Assembly: GCA_964576115.1 (NCBI GenBank)
Contig: CAZNUA010000026.1
Location: forward strand, 1 to 48,799
Source: an uncultured Gemmatimonadota bacterium
GTDB lineage: Bacteria > Blakebacterota > Blakebacteria > Blakebacterales > Blakebacteraceae
Direction of reading: 5' to 3'
DNA: 48,799 bases
Shown here piece after piece: positions 43,385 to 48,799 of the stretch (the first letter of the stretch is position 1; every line of letters begins with the position of its first letter). The position numbers and the translations under genes are program-made. The notes below the pieces were generated by a model that worked only from the letters and a program-made list of their open reading frames with translations, was not told the DNA's origin and searched no databases.

Positions 43385-46062
43385 TGGGGGACACAGGGAT
43401 GATCCGCCGCGCCTGGCAGCTGCTGATGCGCCGCTCCGATGTCAACCGGGCGGTTGACGACGAGCTTTCCTTTCATCTGGAAATGACGGTCGAGGCCCTG
43501 AAGGCCGAGGGCCTGGATGAGGCTGCCGCCCGTCGCAAGGCGGAGAGCCTGTTCGGCAACGTCGACACGCATCGCCGTGAGTGTGAAGAGATCGGCCAGC
43601 GCAAGCGGCGCCGGCGGCAGAGAGGGGAGTTCTTCGCCGAACGCCGGCGGGATATCAGGCTGACACTGCGTTCCCTGAAAAAAACACCGCTCTTCTCGGC
43701 CATGACCGTGCTCATCATCGCCCTGGGAATCGGGGCCGTCACGATCATGTTCACCGTCATCCGGGGGGTTCTGCTCGAACCGCTGCCCTATCGCGATCCG
43801 GACGGGATCATCCGCCTGACCGTGTCGACCAACAACTGGGGAACCTCGGTCTCGCTTTCCGAGCCCGAGTACATGGCTCTGCGGACCGAAGCCGGTACCC
43901 TCCGGGACGTCACGGTGGTCAGGTCCGAACAGCATCTGCTGCAGGCAGAAGAGCCGCACTATGTCAGATCGGTTCGTACCAGCTGGGAACTCTTCCCCCT
44001 GCTCGGTGTCGCGCCTCTGTACGGCCGGACCTATACCGCCGAGGACGACCTCCCCGGGGCCGAACCGGTTGTGGTTCTCAGCCATGCCTTCTGGCAGGAG
44101 GAGGGCGGAAGCGATCCCGACCTGGTCGGCAGTTCTCTCATACTCGACGGAGAGCCGCATACCATCATCGGGATCATGCCCCCCGAATTCGAATTCCCGA
44201 ACCCTGCGGCCGCCCTCTGGATCCCCTATCGGATCGATCCCGCCGACCTCAATCTCTGGAACAATCATTATCTGGGGGTGTACGCCCGGTTGCGGGACGG
44301 GGTGCAGTATCCGCAGGCGCAGGCCGAGATCGCGGCGATGGGCGAGCATTTCGTCGCCGAGCATCCCGAGATCTATTCCGACTGGAATTTCAGTCTCGGT
44401 TGCCGGCCGCTGATGGAGGATGTCGTCGGGGAGGTCCGGACCACCCTGTTGCTGCTGCTCGCGGCAACCGGTTTCTTCCTGCTCATCACCTGCCTCAACG
44501 TGGCCAACCTGATGGTGGCCCGCCGGGAATCGCGCGGCCGTGAGCTGGCGATCAGGACGGCCCTGGGAGCCTCCCGGCGCCGGCTCACCATCCTCCTGCT
44601 CATTGAATCGGGCCTGCTGGCCGCCCTCGGCGGAATCCTCGGATTCATCGTGTCGATCTTCGGGGTGCGGGGCGTTGCCCGGGCGGCCAGCGGGATCGTG
44701 CCCCGGATCCAGGAGGTGGCGGTCGATCCGGGGGTTTTCCTCTTCGCCCTGGCCCTGACCGGCGTGACGGTTCTTCTCTTCGGTCTCCTGCCCCTGGCGC
44801 AGGCGCGGGGTTTCAATGTCCAGACGCAGCTTCGTGAAGCCGGTCGTGCTCTCACCGGACGCCGTTCGGGAACCCGGGTGCGCCGCCTGCTCATTGCCGC
44901 CGAGGTCGCTCTTTCGGTGGTGCTGGTGACCGGGGCGGTCATGATGGTCAGGAGTCTGAACAACCTGCACCGGTTCGATCTCGGGTACGAAATCGACGAT
45001 CGCCTGACGATGCAGGTGCTCGTGCCGCTGCAGCTCGGGCGAAACAATGCCGAGGTCGCACAGTTCTATACCGACCTGCTCGAACGGACCCGGGCTCTGC
45101 CCGGGATAGACGGGGCGGCAGCTGTTGAGTATGTGCCGCTCACCCACGGACTCGGGACCTGGTCGATCAAGGTCGAAGGGGAGAATACGACCACGATCGG
45201 GGAAGCCCCCGGATCATACTTCCTGCAGATTTCACCCGATTTCTTCGCCACGATGGGAATCGAACTCGTCAAAGGACGAATCTTCACCCGGAGTGATGAC
45301 GCCGGCACCCGGCCGGTGGTGATCGTCAATGAATCCTTCGTACGCCGGCATTGGCCCGATGGCAACGCCATCGGTCAGCGGGTCACCCTGTTCGATGATC
45401 AGAAACCCTGGCTCGACGTCGTGGGTGTGGTCAGGGATGCCCGGCAAGAGTCGGTTCTGGAAGAACCCTTCCCCTGTATGTACATCCCCTTCGCCCAGGG
45501 GGCGGTGTCTTCGTACGAGGTCCGCTGGTGGATGGGTATCATTCTCCACGGTGTGGGGGCAGCTGAACTGGCAGGGCCGATGCGCTCGATCGTCAGGGAT
45601 ATGGAGCCTGCGGCCGTGGTCAACAATGTGCGGATGATGGAGGAGATTCACCGGGACTCACTAGGCGACCGGGCTCTGCCGGCCTCACTCCTCTCGCTGT
45701 TCAGCGTCATGGCTCTGCTGCTCGCCCTGGCAGGCGTGTACGGCCTGGTGGCCTACCTGGCGGCGGCCCGGCGAACGGAATACGGCCTCCACATCGCCCT
45801 GGGCGCCCGGCCGGGTGACGTGCGCCGGCTGGTCCTTTCGCAGGGGCTCTCGCCGGTTCTCCTCGGCGTCGGAATCGGTCTGGTAGCCATCTACTTCCTC
45901 GGCAGCCTGGTCCAGCAGTTCCTCTTCGGCATCGGCCGGCTCGACCCGGTGAGCTACATGATGGTGACCGCTCTGCTCACCGTCGCGGCCCTGGCCGCCG
46001 GGTACCTGCCGGCGGAACGGTCCGCCCGGATCGATCCCATGCAGGTGCTGAACCGGGAATAA
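43384..46062 (+). CDS. Duplicated MacB/FtsX-type ABC permease (ADOP family) with permease-prefix domain
   Basis: VDDELSFHLEM...FG prefix, LGIGA, PLPY, NVANL, RELAIRTALGA, ALGA, DPMQVLNRE. TAATG coupling to padR. Confidence 0.93.
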   Translation: MGDTGMIRRAWQLLMRRSDVNRAVDDELSFHLEMTVEALKAEGLDEAAARRKAESLFGNVDTHRRECEEIGQRKRRRRQRGEFFAERRRDIRLTLRSLKKTPLFSAMTVLIIALGIGAVTIMFTVIRGVLLEPLPYRDPDGIIRLTVSTNNWGTSVSLSEPEYMALRTEAGTLRDVTVVRSEQHLLQAEEPHYVRSVRTSWELFPLLGVAPLYGRTYTAEDDLPGAEPVVVLSHAFWQEEGGSDPDLVGSSLILDGEPHTIIGIMPPEFEFPNPAAALWIPYRIDPADLNLWNNHYLGVYARLRDGVQYPQAQAEIAAMGEHFVAEHPEIYSDWNFSLGCRPLMEDVVGEVRTTLLLLLAATGFFLLITCLNVANLMVARRESRGRELAIRTALGASRRRLTILLLIESGLLAALGGILGFIVSIFGVRGVARAASGIVPRIQEVAVDPGVFLFALALTGVTVLLFGLLPLAQARGFNVQTQLREAGRALTGRRSGTRVRRLLIAAEVALSVVLVTGAVMMVRSLNNLHRFDLGYEIDDRLTMQVLVPLQLGRNNAEVAQFYTDLLERTRALPGIDGAAAVEYVPLTHGLGTWSIKVEGENTTTIGEAPGSYFLQISPDFFATMGIELVKGRIFTRSDDAGTRPVVIVNESFVRRHWPDGNAIGQRVTLFDDQKPWLDVVGVVRDARQESVLEEPFPCMYIPFAQGAVSSYEVRWWMGIILHGVGAAELAGPMRSIVRDMEPAAVVNNVRMMEEIHRDSLGDRALPASLLSLFSVMALLLALAGVYGLVAYLAAARRTEYGLHIALGARPGDVRRLVLSQGLSPVLLGVGIGLVAIYFLGSLVQQFLFGIGRLDPVSYMMVTALLTVAALAAGYLPAERSARIDPMQVLNRE

Positions 46063-46141
46063 CGGTCAGATATTACTTGTCCACGGAAGGAAGACAGGCG
46101 GGCAGGGAGACAGGCAGAAACAGGTATAGTGTTTCATCTGA

Positions 46142-48799
46142 TCAGGGCTCCCACCGGGATGAGAAGGAGTACTGACCCGAACCCACCCGGTAGACGGCGC
46201 AATCCTCCTCGAAAGCGAGGAAGGTCACACCTTCGGCATCACCCGCGGGCTTCCCGCTTTCCCTGACGACATCGGCCTCCCGGGCCGGGATGTACACCGT
46301 CGCCTCCGTGTTGGGCGGAATCGTGACCTGCATCCGGAACCGCTCTCCCCGGCGCTGCCACGCACACGCGATCGGTCCGCGCACCGAGTGGTGCCGCGTT
46401 TCGGCGTGAGTCAGGCCCTGAGCCGGCTGGGGCCGGATGATGATCCGGTCGAAGGCCTCGGCCTCGGGGTGAGGTTGGATGCCCCCCAGCCAGTGGTAGA
46501 ACCACCCGCTGACCGAGCCGAACATGGGGTGGTTGTGCGAGAACGTATTGTCGCTGAAATCCCAGTGCTCCCAGAGGGTGGTGGCGCCGCTGGCCAGCAT
46601 GAAGCCCCAGCCGGGAAAGGTCTCCTGCGTCGCGACCGTGACAGCCAGGTCGGACTGCCCCGTTCGGCTGAGCACATCGAGCAGGTACCGGGTGCCGAAG
46701 ATCCCGGTGGCCAGATGCCCGTTGTGATCGTTTCGGACCATTTCAACGAGCCGGGCCAGCACCGCCGGCCGGTCGGCTTCCGGAACCAGATCCAGAAAGA
46801 GAGCCATCGCCTGGCCGGTCTGGGTGCCCGGGCCGATGAGTCCGGTTGTGGTATCCAGGAACTCTGCCTGCCAGGCATCCCCGATCGCGGCCGCCAGTTC
46901 GGCATAGCGCTGCCGGTCCTCCTCCCGGCCCAGCAGGCCGGCCAGCCGGGAGCAGAGCCGGGCGCTCTCGGCATAGAGCGGGGTGACCAGGACCGGCGCC
47001 GGGGCGGGTTCGAGGCCTTCATGATCGCTCAGCCCCTCGGTGACGATGTGATCGGGGTACTGCCCGGTCACCAGATCGAGCCAGCGGCTGGCAGTGGCGT
47101 ACTGTTCCTCGATGAGGCGGCGATCGCCGTAGTAGCGGTAGAGACTCTCCAGCAGGTGGGGATGGGCCATCGCCCAGGCCACTCCGCAGTACTGGATCCC
47201 CACAAAGGGGGCGGTATCGGTGAGCATCCCGCCGGGCAGGGCGGCGTCGTGCCAGTCCCGGACCGCCTTGGCGTAGAAATTCGCCATATCGAAGTTCATC
47301 ATGAAGGCGTCGCTGGTGACCACCAGGTCGCCCCCGTACCCGAAACGCTCCCGGTGCGGGCAGTCCGACTGCACGCTGAAGATGTTGCTGAGGAAGGTCC
47401 GGCGGACCATCTCCTGGATCCGGTTCAGCCGGTCGTCCGAACAGGTGAACGAGCCGGCCTGCTCGACGGCGGAATGCAGTTGCAGGCCGGTCAGATCGCC
47501 GCGCCCGGGCCGGCCGGGATAGCCGGTGACCTCCACATAGCGAAAGGCGTGGAAGGTGAAGCGTGGGGTGTAATACTCCACAGCCCGCCCACGATCCCGG
47601 CCACGATCCCGGCCCCGGGCAATGTAGGTGTCCTCCTGCCAGGCGATCGGGGGCGCGCCGGGCCCGCCGACACTCACACCCTCTGAATTCGTGCCCTTGA
47701 TCTGGCCGCAGACACTCGTCATCGGGTTCAGCGTGCCGTCGTCGTGCAGAAGCTCTCCGAAACGCATTCTCACCGTCGTGCCTGCTTCACCGCTCAGGCG
47801 CAGGCGGACCCAGCCGGAGAAGTTCTGCCCGAAATCGACGATGAAGACCCCCGATTCCGGTTCGGTGATCGCGACCGGTTCCAGAATGCGGGTGATCGTG
47901 ATCGGAGGCTGGGGCTGGGCCTCGAGGTGTCCCCCCGGGGCGGGCATGACGGTCACCGCTTCCCAGCCCGAATCATCGAAACCGGGCTCGTTCCAGCCGT
48001 CGATCTCCCGCCGGGCGTCGTAGATCTCGCCGAGGTAGATGTTGTTCGTCACCAACGGGCCGGGATGGATGCGCCAGCTCTCATCTGAGGCGATCGTGAG
48101 CGAGGAGCCGTCTGCGAACTCGATCTCGAGCTGCGCCAGCAGGCGCGGCCGGCCGACAGGCAGATCTTCGCGCAGGTTCCGGCGGCTCCACATCCGCAGG
48201 GGCAGGGGATTGTACCAGCCGTTACCCAGCTCAGCGGCCAGGACGTTCTCGCCCTGCTGGAGCAGGTCGGTCACATCGCAGGTGCTGTAGAAGACCCGGT
48301 CGCGGTAATCGGTCCAGCCGGGATCGAGCTCGTGATCGCCGATTTGTTCACCGTTCAGGTACGCCCGGTAATACCCCGGTCCGGTCACATACAGGCGGGC
48401 CCGCCGCACGGGGCGCTCGACCGCGAATCCTCTGCGCAGGAGGGGGGCCGGATCCTCGGAGTAGAAATCCTCCTCCCGCTCGGGATCGGGCCGGCCGTCT
48501 CCGATCCACGACCCGGTCCAGTCCCCGGTATCCAGCAGGGCCATCTCCCACCAGGCCGCTTCGCTCCAGGGTGAAGGCTCTCCCTGTTCGTCCCAGACCA
48601 TGACTTTCCACCAGCAGCGCTGACCGGAGGCGAGGGGCAGGCCGTCGTACTCGAGGTTGACGGTCCGGTTCGATTCATGTCGGCCGGTATCCCGGAGGTC
48701 GCCGCGGTCCCGCTGCAGGTTCTCGTGCGAGGAGGCAACCAGGATCCGAAAGGCGCTCTGCCGCTTGCCGCGTGCGTTCGATTCCAGCTCCCAGCTCAG
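46142..48799 (-). CDS. Alpha-L-rhamnosidase (GH78), 5'-truncated by the window edge
   Basis: LDPGWTDY, ELGNGWY, DFGQNFSGW, PRFTFHAFRYV, SDCPHRERFGYGGD, GATTLWEHW, SHNHPMFG. The frame is open to 48799 (LSWELES...RQSAFRILVAS...CWWKVMVWD). Confidence 0.95.
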   Translation of the reverse strand: MSWELESNARGKRQSAFRILVASSHENLQRDRGDLRDTGRHESNRTVNLEYDGLPLASGQRCWWKVMVWDEQGEPSPWSEAAWWEMALLDTGDWTGSWIGDGRPDPEREEDFYSEDPAPLLRRGFAVERPVRRARLYVTGPGYYRAYLNGEQIGDHELDPGWTDYRDRVFYSTCDVTDLLQQGENVLAAELGNGWYNPLPLRMWSRRNLREDLPVGRPRLLAQLEIEFADGSSLTIASDESWRIHPGPLVTNNIYLGEIYDARREIDGWNEPGFDDSGWEAVTVMPAPGGHLEAQPQPPITITRILEPVAITEPESGVFIVDFGQNFSGWVRLRLSGEAGTTVRMRFGELLHDDGTLNPMTSVCGQIKGTNSEGVSVGGPGAPPIAWQEDTYIARGRDRGRDRGRAVEYYTPRFTFHAFRYVEVTGYPGRPGRGDLTGLQLHSAVEQAGSFTCSDDRLNRIQEMVRRTFLSNIFSVQSDCPHRERFGYGGDLVVTSDAFMMNFDMANFYAKAVRDWHDAALPGGMLTDTAPFVGIQYCGVAWAMAHPHLLESLYRYYGDRRLIEEQYATASRWLDLVTGQYPDHIVTEGLSDHEGLEPAPAPVLVTPLYAESARLCSRLAGLLGREEDRQRYAELAAAIGDAWQAEFLDTTTGLIGPGTQTGQAMALFLDLVPEADRPAVLARLVEMVRNDHNGHLATGIFGTRYLLDVLSRTGQSDLAVTVATQETFPGWGFMLASGATTLWEHWDFSDNTFSHNHPMFGSVSGWFYHWLGGIQPHPEAEAFDRIIIRPQPAQGLTHAETRHHSVRGPIACAWQRRGERFRMQVTIPPNTEATVYIPAREADVVRESGKPAGDAEGVTFLAFEEDCAVYRVGSGQYSFSSRWEP
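47589..47614. repeat. 12-bp tandem duplication within GH78
   Basis: ccacgatcccgg ccacgatcccgg cc, encoding GRDR-GRDR. Confidence 0.8.

Overview
High-GC bacterial scaffold window from a diderm organism (secretin, outer-membrane barrels, LolA-like protein; the tandem PadR/ADOP-permease modules are typical of Gemmatimonadota/Acidobacteriota-like lineages, though taxonomy is only an inference). It has one 100-N assembly gap at 23592-23691. About 38 CDS are supportable. In order: acyl-CoA dehydrogenase preceded by a degenerate tRNA-Arg(ACG)-like element; two secreted acylase-family hydrolases (C45 and CocE/NonD); a poorly characterised 4.9-16.8 kb block (membrane acyltransferase, GNAT-like protein, DxDD-motif alpha-helical protein, GNAT, two outer-membrane proteins, LolA-like protein, MMPL/RND transporter with a cNMP-binding tail); a lipoprotein; URO-D-family protein plus uxaC; HD-GYP protein; TspO; an M20-fold protein lacking most metal ligands plus an amidohydrolase; two PadR + ADOP permease modules; an SDR; an 11-gene type II secretion operon (G-F-H-I-J-K-L-M-C-like-D-E); a small-protein/nucleotidyltransferase pair; and a 5'-truncated GH78 alpha-L-rhamnosidase. 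The best candidates for something undescribed are the putative lipid-tailoring/export block, the decayed tRNA in a 5' leader, the GNAT with no canonical start codon, a 137-nt rod-like hairpin, and several enzymes with altered catalytic motifs. All calls come from reading motifs by eye; no searches were run.
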